This document shows positions 1 through 8,465 of a stretch of DNA of 64,000 nt, one piece after another; position 1 is the stretch's first letter, and each line of letters begins with the position of its first letter. The position numbers and the translations under genes were made by a program. Under the pieces are notes generated by a model, which was not told the DNA's origin, ran no database searches, and was given only the letters and a program-made list of their open reading frames with translations. Source of the stretch: Singulisphaera sp. GP187 (GTDB lineage: Bacteria; Planctomycetota; Planctomycetia; Gemmatales; Gemmataceae); assembly GCA_945905925.1 (NCBI GenBank), contig CAMDQN010000004.1, forward strand, positions 22,975 to 86,974. The letters are read 5' to 3'.

Positions 1-1657
1 CCTCGAAGTTCACGTCCACGCTCGTGATCAGACCCACCGCGGTGATGCCGTCGCGAGTCATGTGGTAGTCGGCGGTGATAACGAGGCTCGCGACCGAGAC
101 CTTACCATTCTCCTCTTGCGCCTCGGACACGGTCAGCGTGAGGTGGTCCGGTGAGATCTTCACCGCGCACTGCTTCCCGGCCACGTCGCGATACCACCGG
201 CTCTCCGCGACCCCCTTGACCGGCTCCACGGAGACCCCCACGGACGAAGCCGGTTGTACGCCGCTCGCGAGTTCGCGCGGCAGCGGGAACGCCGGGTCCG
301 GCGCGAAACGCTGCGGGTGGTGTTCCGGATACCGGCCGCTGGGCAGCGTCATGCCGCCGAACGGGGTGGCACGGCCCGGCGTCGTCACGCCGCTCTGCTG
401 AAGGAGTTGGCCGAACGCTTCGGTCGCGAGTTGCTTCGTTGCGTCGTCCGAAACGCCGACTGCGACCGGCTTCACCGGTTGCGGTGTCTGATACGGAGGC
501 GGGAGCGGTTCCCGCGACAGATACGGCGGACCGAACGACTCCGCGGGCGCGGACTGCGGCGCGCCCAGCCCGACGTTCTTGTACAACTTGTTCTGGTACG
601 GAGTCTGTGATTCACCCGGCAGGGCGGGCGGACTCATCACGGGTGGGTTCGTGTTGAAGTCGATCCCAACGCGCTGGCAATCCGGGGTGGCGGGTTTGAG
701 TTTGCCGGCAGCGTTGCCAATCAGCGTGCCCGTTGCGGCGCCGATCACATTGCCAGTTTCGGCCCCCACAACGGGCGAGTCGGTCTTGCTCGTGTTCAGC
801 GCAACCGGCGCCGGCATGCGCCCGTCCTTCGCGAGTTTGTACATCCCGCCGAGTAGACTCGTTTCGTCCCTTCTCATCTGTGTTCCGCTCTTCATCCCGC
901 TTACCATCAGCCCGGCCGAAGTCATCTTCGTGCGGAACGAGAACGGCACGTCCACGATCTCCTGCATCCCCATCATCAGTTCGGCCAACTTGTCATCGAA
1001 CGGCGACTCGCCGGTCTTCGGGTCGCGCTTCAAGTCGGCGTCGCCGCCGGTGATGGCCCCGTACACCAAACCGTCCTTCGTGATCGTGTAGTGCGCGGTG
1101 GCGGTGAGAACCGCGGTGTGGCCATCGGCGCTTTGGGTCATGCACAGCTTGAGTTCGTCGTGTGTGAAGGTCGCGGCGATCACCACGCCGGGCATCTCGC
1201 GATACCACGTGCCGAGCAGGGGGTTCGCGATGATCCGCGGGAGCGGGCACGTTGTGGGTACGATCTCGGTGGCCGTTTCTCGGACCTTCACCCGCAAGAG
1301 CGAGAACTCCGTCAGTTCCGGGAGCGCCGGCGGGCCCATCGTCGGCACGGGCACTTCCGGCGGCACCGGCACCGGCATCGTGGGCACGCCGACGTTCGGT
1401 CGATCGTACACGGAAAAGGCGCGCAGGTTGGGACGATTCGGTTGCGGCATCGGGGCTGTTTCCGGTTCCCGATCCCACCGCAGATTCTCGTGGTGACTGG
1501 AGAACACGACGTTCGCCTTCGCGCGGGGCATCGGTGCTTCGGGCACGGGCGCCGGTTTCCGTGGATACTGGAACCCCTCCTGAGCCACGGCGGGAGCGGT
1601 GAGTGTTGCGGCGAGCAACCCGATCAGCGCGAATCGTGGGACCGTCCGACCTGACAT
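1..1657 (-). CDS. Secreted Pro-rich hypothetical protein with a twice-repeated beta-rich domain; partial, runs off the left edge
   Basis: Absent from the ORF track because there is no stop inside the window. Manual translation: AAGGAG RBS, ATG at 1657, MSGRTVPRFALIGLLAATLTAPAVAQ (signal peptide-like), open to base 1. Two similar segments: 'LLGTWYREMPGVVIAATFTHDELKL...ATAHYTITKDGLVYGAIT' and 'AESRWYRDVAGKQCAVKISPDHLTL...ITADYHMTRDGITAVGLIT'. Confidence 0.8.
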   Translation of the reverse strand, partial: MSGRTVPRFALIGLLAATLTAPAVAQEGFQYPRKPAPVPEAPMPRAKANVVFSSHHENLRWDREPETAPMPQPNRPNLRAFSVYDRPNVGVPTMPVPVPPEVPVPTMGPPALPELTEFSLLRVKVRETATEIVPTTCPLPRIIANPLLGTWYREMPGVVIAATFTHDELKLCMTQSADGHTAVLTATAHYTITKDGLVYGAITGGDADLKRDPKTGESPFDDKLAELMMGMQEIVDVPFSFRTKMTSAGLMVSGMKSGTQMRRDETSLLGGMYKLAKDGRMPAPVALNTSKTDSPVVGAETGNVIGAATGTLIGNAAGKLKPATPDCQRVGIDFNTNPPVMSPPALPGESQTPYQNKLYKNVGLGAPQSAPAESFGPPYLSREPLPPPYQTPQPVKPVAVGVSDDATKQLATEAFGQLLQQSGVTTPGRATPFGGMTLPSGRYPEHHPQRFAPDPAFPLPRELASGVQPASSVGVSVEPVKGVAESRWYRDVAGKQCAVKISPDHLTLTVSEAQEENGKVSVASLVITADYHMTRDGITAVGLITSVDVNFE

Positions 1658-1746
1658 GCACGCGCTCCTTAGTCCGGGGAAGTGGGGCGAACCGGGCGGG
1701 ATCATGCCGCGCCGACCCTAAACGCACAACCCCAACGGCGGCGCGG

Positions 1747-1752
1747 TATCAT
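1747..1752 (+). promoter_or_regulatory. Putative sigma70 -10 box (TATCAT) of a leaderless gluQ transcript
   Basis: TATCAT, then 6 nt (GGGCGC), then the ATG at 1759; no Shine-Dalgarno. Confidence 0.45.
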
Positions 1753-1758
1753 GGGCGC

Positions 1759-2703
1759 ATGTCAACCGTTGTGAGCGGCCGTCTCGCACCTTCACCGACT
1801 GGGGCGCAGCACGTCGGGAACGCGCGCACGTACCTCGTCGCGTGGCTTTCCGCTCGCGCGCAGGGCGGCGCGGTGAAGCTCCGCATCGAGGACATCGACT
1901 CGCCGCGAGTCAAGCCGGGCGCCGCCGAACAAGCGCTCACCGATCTGCGTTGGCTCGGGCTGGACTGGGACGGCGAACCCGTCGTGCAGACAACCCGGCT
2001 CTCGCATTACGAAGCGGCACTGGAGGTGTTGAAGCGGGCCGAGTTGGTTTACCCATGTACCTGCACGCGATCCGACATCAGTTCCGCCGCGAGCGCGCCG
2101 CACGCCGGCGAAGAGGTCACGTATCCGGGGACGTGTTCGCATCGCTGTGTCGCGGACGCATTCGCCATGCAGCGCGAAGGCAAGCTGTTCGCGTGGCGTT
2201 TCCGAGTGACCGAGAGCGTGCCGTTCACGGACCAGTTCGCGGGCGAGCAAGACATCGACTTGAATCGTGCCGGGGGGGATTTCGTCGTGTGGAAGAATCA
2301 AGGCGGGCCGGCGTACCAACTCGCGGTTGTAGTCGATGACGCGGCGATGGGCATCACGGAGGTGGTTCGCGGTGACGATCTGATTCCGTCCACACCGCGG
2401 CAACTGCTCCTGTATCGCGTTCTCGGCTTGTCGGCACCGAGTTTCGCGCACGTGCCGCTCGTAGTCGGCGAAGACGGTCGCCGGTTGGCGAAGCGGCACG
2501 GCGACACGCGGCTCTCCGCGCTGCGCGACGCAGGCGTGAAGCCGGCGGCGCTGGTGGGCTTGCTCGCGTGGTCGTGCGGCTGGCTCGACCGCCCGGAAGC
2601 GATCACACCGCGCGACCTTCTGCCGCGTTTCCGGTTAGAGAGAATCCCGGCGAAGCCGTTCGTGCTGACCGCCGAGTTGCTCCGCGCCCTACTTGACCAA
2701 TAA
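1759..2703 (+). CDS. gluQ: Glutamyl-queuosine tRNA(Asp) synthetase (GluQRS), 314 aa
   Basis: RLAPSPTG, HVGN (HIGH-like), LRIEDID, YPCTCTR, AYQLAVVVDD, VVRGDDL and RLAKR (KMSKS-like). Catalytic domain only, no anticodon-binding domain. Confidence 0.9.
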   Translation: MSTVVSGRLAPSPTGAQHVGNARTYLVAWLSARAQGGAVKLRIEDIDSPRVKPGAAEQALTDLRWLGLDWDGEPVVQTTRLSHYEAALEVLKRAELVYPCTCTRSDISSAASAPHAGEEVTYPGTCSHRCVADAFAMQREGKLFAWRFRVTESVPFTDQFAGEQDIDLNRAGGDFVVWKNQGGPAYQLAVVVDDAAMGITEVVRGDDLIPSTPRQLLLYRVLGLSAPSFAHVPLVVGEDGRRLAKRHGDTRLSALRDAGVKPAALVGLLAWSCGWLDRPEAITPRDLLPRFRLERIPAKPFVLTAELLRALLDQ

Positions 2704-4266
2704 CGCGTCGCGGGCGAGTGCGTCGAGGGTCGGGCCGAGGGTCGCGGTCAGCCCCACACGGAGTTCGTCCGCGTTGGTGAGCGGTTGGCCGTTGCGCCGC
2801 ACGGTCAGTTCCCCCGCGAGCGATTGCGCGACAAGTGCCTCCACGAGTTCGGCACGGTCGCGCGTACCGTCGAGAAGTGGCACCAACCGCAGAGCGATGT
2901 CGGAGAGCTTCACCAGTTCGTGCCGCCGGTTGGTCACCGACGCGTGTCCATCGGCGGCATGCACGCGGGCGTGAACTAGCGCCATCGGTTTCTCGCCGGC
3001 ACTGCGCGCGAACATTAGCGGAGCCGCGTGCAGTTCGAGCAGGTCCGACGAAATGTATGCGTTCAAGATGCCGAGCGAAAGCGTTTGCAAGTCTTCGTTG
3101 GTCCCAATCCGGCCCAACTTCGCGACCGCGATTTGAAGCAACTCCACAAAGGGGATCGTCGCGGGCCACACGTCGATAAGGCTCAGCATCGCGGCTTTGA
3201 ACACCGGTCCGGTCGCGGACAGCACCATCCCACTGCGGCTCTGAAACTGCGCCGCGATTGGGGCAGTCGACGCGAGGTCGATCGGCTTGCCGGTGGCTTT
3301 CGCGCCCGAGGCGACATGCAACCCGTACACGCGCTCCGGCACGATGGCCCAGTTCGGAGTGACGTCGGCGCGCACCAACAGCGTCTCGCGGAACGTGCGG
3401 TTGCGGACGAAATCGAGGTATTGCTCGGTCTGAATCTGGTCCGTCGCGAGGACCGCGAGCGTCTTCTGTACCTCCGGCCCGAAGTTGCCGGTCACCATCG
3501 TGTTGATGCGCGACTCGCCTAAGTAGCGCAGCCCAAACGGTTCGGCCCGGGCCATGAACTGATGGAAATACACCGGCTCGTTGATGTCTTCGAGTTGTTC
3601 GTGGTAGATGTAGTAGTCGGACTGGCGCCGCAAAAGTTCGAGTTCGGCGCGGAGCAGCACACCATAGGCGCCGGTGTCCTTCGCGGTCGATTGCGCGAGG
3701 AAGTCGAGCAGCGCGCGAGCCTGACCGACACGTTGCTCCGACTGGTCGAAGCGAAACGCGTGGTATCGCATCATGTCGCGGATCATGCCGCGCATGTGCC
3801 AGCCTGGGTACGTGTTGTAACTGACGTAGGCGATGCCGTTGGGCGTGAGCCGGTCCGCGCACACTTCAAAAGTCTTCTGCTGCACGTCGCGCGGAACCCA
3901 TGAGAACACACCGTGGCAGACGATGTAATCGAAGTGGCCGTAGGTGTCGTCGATGTCGCCGATGCTCGCGTGCCGGAGGCTGACGTTCGCGAGGCCGGTT
4001 TTGCGGATCAGCACCTCGCCCTCAGCGATCTGCCGGGCGGAGAGATCGACGCCGACGAACCACGAGTCCGGGAACGTCTCCGCGACCGGGATCAGGTTCC
4101 CGCCCGAGGCGCACCCGAGTTCGAGTACGCGGCACTTCGACACATCCGGTGGCGTCAGCCCAAACAGCGTGGCCATCGTCGCGAGCCGCGTTGGGTGCGA
4201 CTGCTGGTACGGGTAGCTGTCGTAGGGTACGTCGTCGTAACTGTTGCGCGGGGGTGTTTCGTTCAT
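2689..4266 (-). CDS. Class I SAM-dependent methyltransferase with methyltransferase regulatory domain (Rickettsia PKMT-like), 525 aa
   Basis: N-terminal YDDVPYDSYPY, VLELGCASGGNL (motif I), GVDLS, FDYIVCHGVFSWV, YVSYNTYPGW, YIYHEQLE, FRETLL and C-terminal LLDGTRD. The 3' end overlaps gluQ by 15 bp. Confidence 0.85.
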   Translation of the reverse strand: MNETPPRNSYDDVPYDSYPYQQSHPTRLATMATLFGLTPPDVSKCRVLELGCASGGNLIPVAETFPDSWFVGVDLSARQIAEGEVLIRKTGLANVSLRHASIGDIDDTYGHFDYIVCHGVFSWVPRDVQQKTFEVCADRLTPNGIAYVSYNTYPGWHMRGMIRDMMRYHAFRFDQSEQRVGQARALLDFLAQSTAKDTGAYGVLLRAELELLRRQSDYYIYHEQLEDINEPVYFHQFMARAEPFGLRYLGESRINTMVTGNFGPEVQKTLAVLATDQIQTEQYLDFVRNRTFRETLLVRADVTPNWAIVPERVYGLHVASGAKATGKPIDLASTAPIAAQFQSRSGMVLSATGPVFKAAMLSLIDVWPATIPFVELLQIAVAKLGRIGTNEDLQTLSLGILNAYISSDLLELHAAPLMFARSAGEKPMALVHARVHAADGHASVTNRRHELVKLSDIALRLVPLLDGTRDRAELVEALVAQSLAGELTVRRNGQPLTNADELRVGLTATLGPTLDALARDALLVK

Positions 4267-4284
4267 GGTGTGGTTACTCTATAT

Positions 4285-4424
4285 GCCGCTCGGACCAGGG
4301 TCTCACGACCCCGGCTACAAGACAGCCGCCCTTCCAGGGCTAAGAGAAGATCAGCGTTTTGGTTTTTAGCCCAGCAAGGGCGACTGCCTTGTCGCCAGGG
4401 TAGTGAGACCCTGGTCCGAGCGGC
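4285..4424. repeat. REP-like inverted doublet (GGGTCTCAC/GCCCTT..GGGCT family)
   Basis: Imperfect ~59-bp inverted arms, GCCGCTCGGACCAGGGTCTCAC...GGGCTAA and TTAGCCC...GTGAGACCCTGGTCCGAGCGGC. The outer 22 bp are perfect. Confidence 0.85.
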
Positions 4425-4511
4425 GGCGTAACCTGGTGCTGGCCAGGCGCGCCCGCGAATGGTATCATCGGACGCATCCCGCCTGAAGATTCCGCTCCTT
4501 GAGGTCACAGC

Positions 4512-6575
4512 ATGTCGTCGCGTCGTTACACCTGGGTTCTCGCGCTCGCCGGGTTCGCGTCCGGGGTCGCGCTGGTGATGTCCACCGGCCAGCGCGATGC
4601 CGTGGCACAACCGAAGGCGCCCGTTATCGTCGCGGCGCCGCAGTCGCCCACGCTCACAACTCCCACGACGCTCGGCGCGAAACCCGGCGACGAAGTCGAA
4701 CTCACGCTTACCGGCACGAACCTCGCCGACGCCACAAGCGTGATGCTGAGTTGCCCCGGCAAGGTCACCATTCCGACCGACAACAAGAATGGCACCGAAG
4801 CCGCCAAACTGCGCGTGAAGGTGTCGGTCGATCCAAAGTGCCTGATCGGGCTGTACACCGTGAGGGTCGCGACCAAGCATGGCGTCTCGAACGCGCGGCC
4901 GTTCGTCGTGGACGCTCTTCCCGTCGTCGCTTCGACCAACACAAATCGCACGAAGGACACCGCGCAGGCGGTCACCGCACCGTGCGTCGCGAGCGGCGTG
5001 GTCGCGGTGGAAACCTCCGAGTTCTACAAGGTGAAGGTGAGCGCCGGGCAGAAACTCGCGTTCGAGGTGCTGGCCCGCCGCATCGGTTCGCCACTCGACC
5101 CCATCGTCGTCCTGCACGACGCGAAGACCAAGCGCGAACTGGTCGATCTGTACGCCGACGACACGCCGGGACTTCAAGGTGATTGCCGCCTTTCGCACAT
5201 CTTCAAGGAGGCCGGTGAGGTTCTGGTGGAAGTGCGCGACACGACGCACCGCGGCGGCGCGGATTTCTTCTATCGTTTGCGCATCGGCGACTTCCCGGGC
5301 GCGACGACCGCATTCCCGCTCGCGGCCGAGCGTGGCAAACCCGCAAGCATCGGCTTTACCGGGCCAGACACGATTCCCGCTGTAAGTGTCACCGCACCGA
5401 CCGCCGCGACCGCGTTCTACGCGGCGCCCACGACCGGAAAGGACGCCGGCTGGCCGGTTCCGGTGCTGGTCACCGATTACGCGCAGACGACCGAAAAGGA
5501 ACCGAACGACACCCCCGCGACCGCGAACAAGTTGTCCGTCCCGGGCGGCGTGTCCGCGAAGTTCGACAAGGCGAAGGACGTGGACCACTTCGCGATTAGC
5601 GGCAAGAAGGGGCAGAAACTAATTGTTTCGGTGTCCACGTTCGAGGTGAACTCACCGGCTGAGGTGCTCGTTCGCGTACTCGATGCGAAGGGCGCGCAGG
5701 TGGCGACGAGCAACCCCGCGACGCCAGTGAACCGGTTCGAGTTCACGCCTGCGGCCGACGGCGAGTACGTCTTCGCGTGCGAACACCAGAACTTCCTCCA
5801 CGGGCCGAACGAAGTGTACTTGCTCACGGTCGTGCCATCCGGGCCGGACTTCAACGTCGCGATCGCGTTCGACCGCACCGAGGCCGCGGCCGGGGGCGCG
5901 TCCGCGGTGATGGCGACCGTGACACGACTGAACGGCTACGCGGGTCCGGTGGAATTGAGTATCGACGGCGACGCGGCGCTCAGTGGCAAGGTTGTGGTTC
6001 CCGCGGCGCAACTGATCGCGTTCGTGCCGTTGTTCGTTAAGGCGGGCACGAAGGCGGGCGCGTACCCGTTCCGCGTGAAGGCCACCGCGACCGCCGACGG
6101 CACGACCGTGACTCGCTACGGCACACTCACAGACGCAGTGAAGGCAAGTCTCGGCGGTATGCCGAACCCGCCCACGGAACTGCTCAACCAGTGCGCGGTG
6201 GGCGTGGTCGATAAGCCGCCGTTCGGGGTCAAGATGACGTTCGAGCCAGCCTCGATCGAGAAGGGCAAGACCGGCAAGATTCTGCTCGAAGCGACTCGCG
6301 GCGAGGGCGGCGACGGTGACATCGTGATCGCGCCGCTGTTCCTTCCGCCGACGGTGGTGCCGGTGGTGAAGCCGATTGCGAAGGGCCAAACGAAAGGCGA
6401 GATCGGCTTGACGGTGCAGGCCGCTACGCCGACGGGTCCGACACCGCTGGTGTTTCGCGCGACGACGAAAGTCGGCGGCAAGGATTACGCGTTCACGCTG
6501 TCCGGTACGCTCGATGTGATCGAACCGAAGAAAGGCGATCTAAAAAAGGAAGAGCCGAAAAAAGACAAGAAGTAA
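4512..6575 (+). CDS. Secreted PPC (pre-peptidase C-terminal) domain protein, planctomycete type, 687 aa
   Basis: Signal peptide; VELTLTG, RVATKHGVSNARPFVV, EKEPNDT, DVDHFAI, GADFFYRLRIGDFP; Lys-rich C-terminus. No subtilase catalytic motif seen. Confidence 0.8.
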   Translation: MSSRRYTWVLALAGFASGVALVMSTGQRDAVAQPKAPVIVAAPQSPTLTTPTTLGAKPGDEVELTLTGTNLADATSVMLSCPGKVTIPTDNKNGTEAAKLRVKVSVDPKCLIGLYTVRVATKHGVSNARPFVVDALPVVASTNTNRTKDTAQAVTAPCVASGVVAVETSEFYKVKVSAGQKLAFEVLARRIGSPLDPIVVLHDAKTKRELVDLYADDTPGLQGDCRLSHIFKEAGEVLVEVRDTTHRGGADFFYRLRIGDFPGATTAFPLAAERGKPASIGFTGPDTIPAVSVTAPTAATAFYAAPTTGKDAGWPVPVLVTDYAQTTEKEPNDTPATANKLSVPGGVSAKFDKAKDVDHFAISGKKGQKLIVSVSTFEVNSPAEVLVRVLDAKGAQVATSNPATPVNRFEFTPAADGEYVFACEHQNFLHGPNEVYLLTVVPSGPDFNVAIAFDRTEAAAGGASAVMATVTRLNGYAGPVELSIDGDAALSGKVVVPAAQLIAFVPLFVKAGTKAGAYPFRVKATATADGTTVTRYGTLTDAVKASLGGMPNPPTELLNQCAVGVVDKPPFGVKMTFEPASIEKGKTGKILLEATRGEGGDGDIVIAPLFLPPTVVPVVKPIAKGQTKGEIGLTVQAATPTGPTPLVFRATTKVGGKDYAFTLSGTLDVIEPKKGDLKKEEPKKDKK

Positions 6576-6597
6576 CACGAACCAAGACCGAAGAGTA

Positions 6598-6686
6598 TTC
6601 ACCGCAGAGAAGACAAAGAGAGTTTGAAGAGGTTCGCTCTTTCAATCTTGTCTTCTCTCTGCGTCCTCCACGCCCTCTGCGGTGAA
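6598..6686. repeat. REP-like hairpin (CACCGCAGAG family) between convergent genes; possible bidirectional terminator
   Basis: TTCACCGCAGAG ... CTCTGCGGTGAA perfect 12-bp ends; inner AGAGAAGACAA/TTGTCTTCTCT pairing. Confidence 0.75.
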
Positions 6687-6699
6687 AAGCTATTCTCTT

Positions 6700-7374
6700 T
6701 CACGCCCACGCGGCGAGCAGTTTGGTGTGGTCGGAGAGGTCGTTGAAGATCAGGTCCGGGGCGCAACCCGCGAGTTCTTCCACTGGGTGCCAACCGGTCG
6801 CGACGGCCACCGCGTTCGCGCCGATCGCCCTCGCACAACTCACATCTAACGGCGTGTCGCCGATCACCCACACGTCAGATGGGTCCACGTTGTGACCGAC
6901 GTGCGCTCGCGCACCCGCGAGCGCCGAACGGGCCACGTCGTCGCGGTCGTAGTGGTCGTCGCCGAACCCGCCGCACGCGAAGAAGTCCCACAACTGGAAG
7001 TAGCCGAGTTTGTGTTGCGCGCCGGCCCGCACGTTGCCGGTGAGAAGGCCCAGCACCACGCCCGGCTTACCAGCGATGGCCGCGAGCAACTCCGGCACGC
7101 CGGGACACACCTCGCCGCCCTTCGTCTTCAGGCTACCCGGAAGGTGCGAGAGGTACTCGTCGCGCAATCTGCGCTGGTTCTCGATAGTCGGATCAACGCG
7201 GTGAACGCGGAGCAGGTCGCGGGTGATGGCGACATCGGTGCGCCCGCTGTATTTCACCTCGTCGCGAAGTTCGGTCACGCCGAACGCGGTCGCGAGCGCG
7301 AGTTCCATCGCGGATTTACCAGCCCCGCCCGTGCGGACGAGCGTGCCGTCGATGTCGAACAAGATGATTGGCAT
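6700..7374 (-). CDS. HAD-superfamily hydrolase (phosphoglycolate phosphatase-like), 224 aa
   Basis: FDIDGTL (motif I), LLTGN (II), K (III), IGDTPLD (IV). Confidence 0.9.
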   Translation of the reverse strand: MPIILFDIDGTLVRTGGAGKSAMELALATAFGVTELRDEVKYSGRTDVAITRDLLRVHRVDPTIENQRRLRDEYLSHLPGSLKTKGGEVCPGVPELLAAIAGKPGVVLGLLTGNVRAGAQHKLGYFQLWDFFACGGFGDDHYDRDDVARSALAGARAHVGHNVDPSDVWVIGDTPLDVSCARAIGANAVAVATGWHPVEELAGCAPDLIFNDLSDHTKLLAAWA

Positions 7375-7471
7375 CTACAGGTTCTCTTGGATACATGGAG
7401 GCTTCCCAAACATCACGCAGAGCTTCGCACATGTACTAAACTACCAGGTGTCCAACCTCGGAGGAGTCGGT

Positions 7472-7707
7472 GTGCTGCGATGGTTTATCTGGCGGCTGGC
7501 GAAGAACAATTCCAGCACCACAACGAACCCGCCCGCGGAGATCGAAATTCCGCATGACAAGATCGCATCGCGCGCCGCGGAAATCCAGGAACGGAAGGGA
7601 CGACCACACGGCCTGGACGTAGAGAACTGGACGGGGCGGAAGCGGAAGTCCGTGCCAAGTTCGCCACCGACCCGAACCCCAAACCGCTGCCGAACAGGTC
7701 ACGATGA
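7472..7707 (+). pseudogene. DUF2934-family small protein with a 1-nt frameshift (pseudogene or sequencing error)
   Basis: GGAGGAG RBS, GTG at 7472, ...IPHDKIASRAAEIQERKGRPHGLDVENW. The expected AEAEV continues only in the shifted frame after the G4 run at 7633-7636. That frame ends at TGA 7705-7707, overlapping the cbiQ ATG (ATGA). Confidence 0.7.
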
Positions 7708-8465
7708 CGCTCGCGTTCCGCCACCGATCCGTGCCCAACTCCCCGCTCGCGCGGTGGGACGCCCGCTGGAAACTCGCGGGCGCGATGCTCGCCGTGGGCG
7801 GCGTCGCGGCCCTCGATCATCTCGCGCCCGCAGCCGTCGCGCTCGCGCTGGGTCTGTCGCTTCTGGTGCTCTCGCGCTTGCCGGGCGCGTGGGTCCGCTC
7901 CAGATTATTTCTCTTCGCACTCGCAAGCCTCCCCTTCCTACTCGTACTTCCCTTCACGCTCGAAGGCGACGGTTGGGACATCGGCCCGGTTAAAATCTCC
8001 GAACGCGGGCTGATCGCGGGAGGAGCCGTGTTCTGTCGCGGACTCGCGATCGGGTGCTTCGCGCTCCTTCTGGTCGGAACCGCACCGCTCCACCACACGC
8101 TCGCGGCGGCGCACAAACTGAAGGTGCCTGGGTTGCTCGTACAACTCACGCTGCTCGCGTACCGCTACGCGTTCCTTCTTGCGGACGAAATGCGCAGGCT
8201 CCGCGTCGCGATGCGTACCCGCGGGTTCCAACTGCGCGCCACACGCCACGGTTACCGCGCACTCGGGCACGCGACCGGGGCGATTCTCGTGCGCGGCGCC
8301 GAGCGCGCCGACCACGTCGCAGCCGCGATGCGGTGTCGCGGGTTCGACGGCACCTTTCATACGCTCGCCCGGTTCCGCACTCGTGCCACCGATATCATCT
8401 CCTTCGCGGCCCTCGTCGCCGCCACCGCCGCGCTCGTGCTCTGGGACCGCCTGGGACTGTCTTGA
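7704..8465 (+). CDS. cbiQ: ECF transporter transmembrane T component (CbiQ/EcfT family), 253 aa
   Basis: WDARWKL, several TM helices, LAYRYAFLL, AMRTRGF, ERADHVAAAMRCRGFDG (two conserved Ala-Arg-Gly-type motifs). Confidence 0.9.
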   Translation: MTLAFRHRSVPNSPLARWDARWKLAGAMLAVGGVAALDHLAPAAVALALGLSLLVLSRLPGAWVRSRLFLFALASLPFLLVLPFTLEGDGWDIGPVKISERGLIAGGAVFCRGLAIGCFALLLVGTAPLHHTLAAAHKLKVPGLLVQLTLLAYRYAFLLADEMRRLRVAMRTRGFQLRATRHGYRALGHATGAILVRGAERADHVAAAMRCRGFDGTFHTLARFRTRATDIISFAALVAATAALVLWDRLGLS

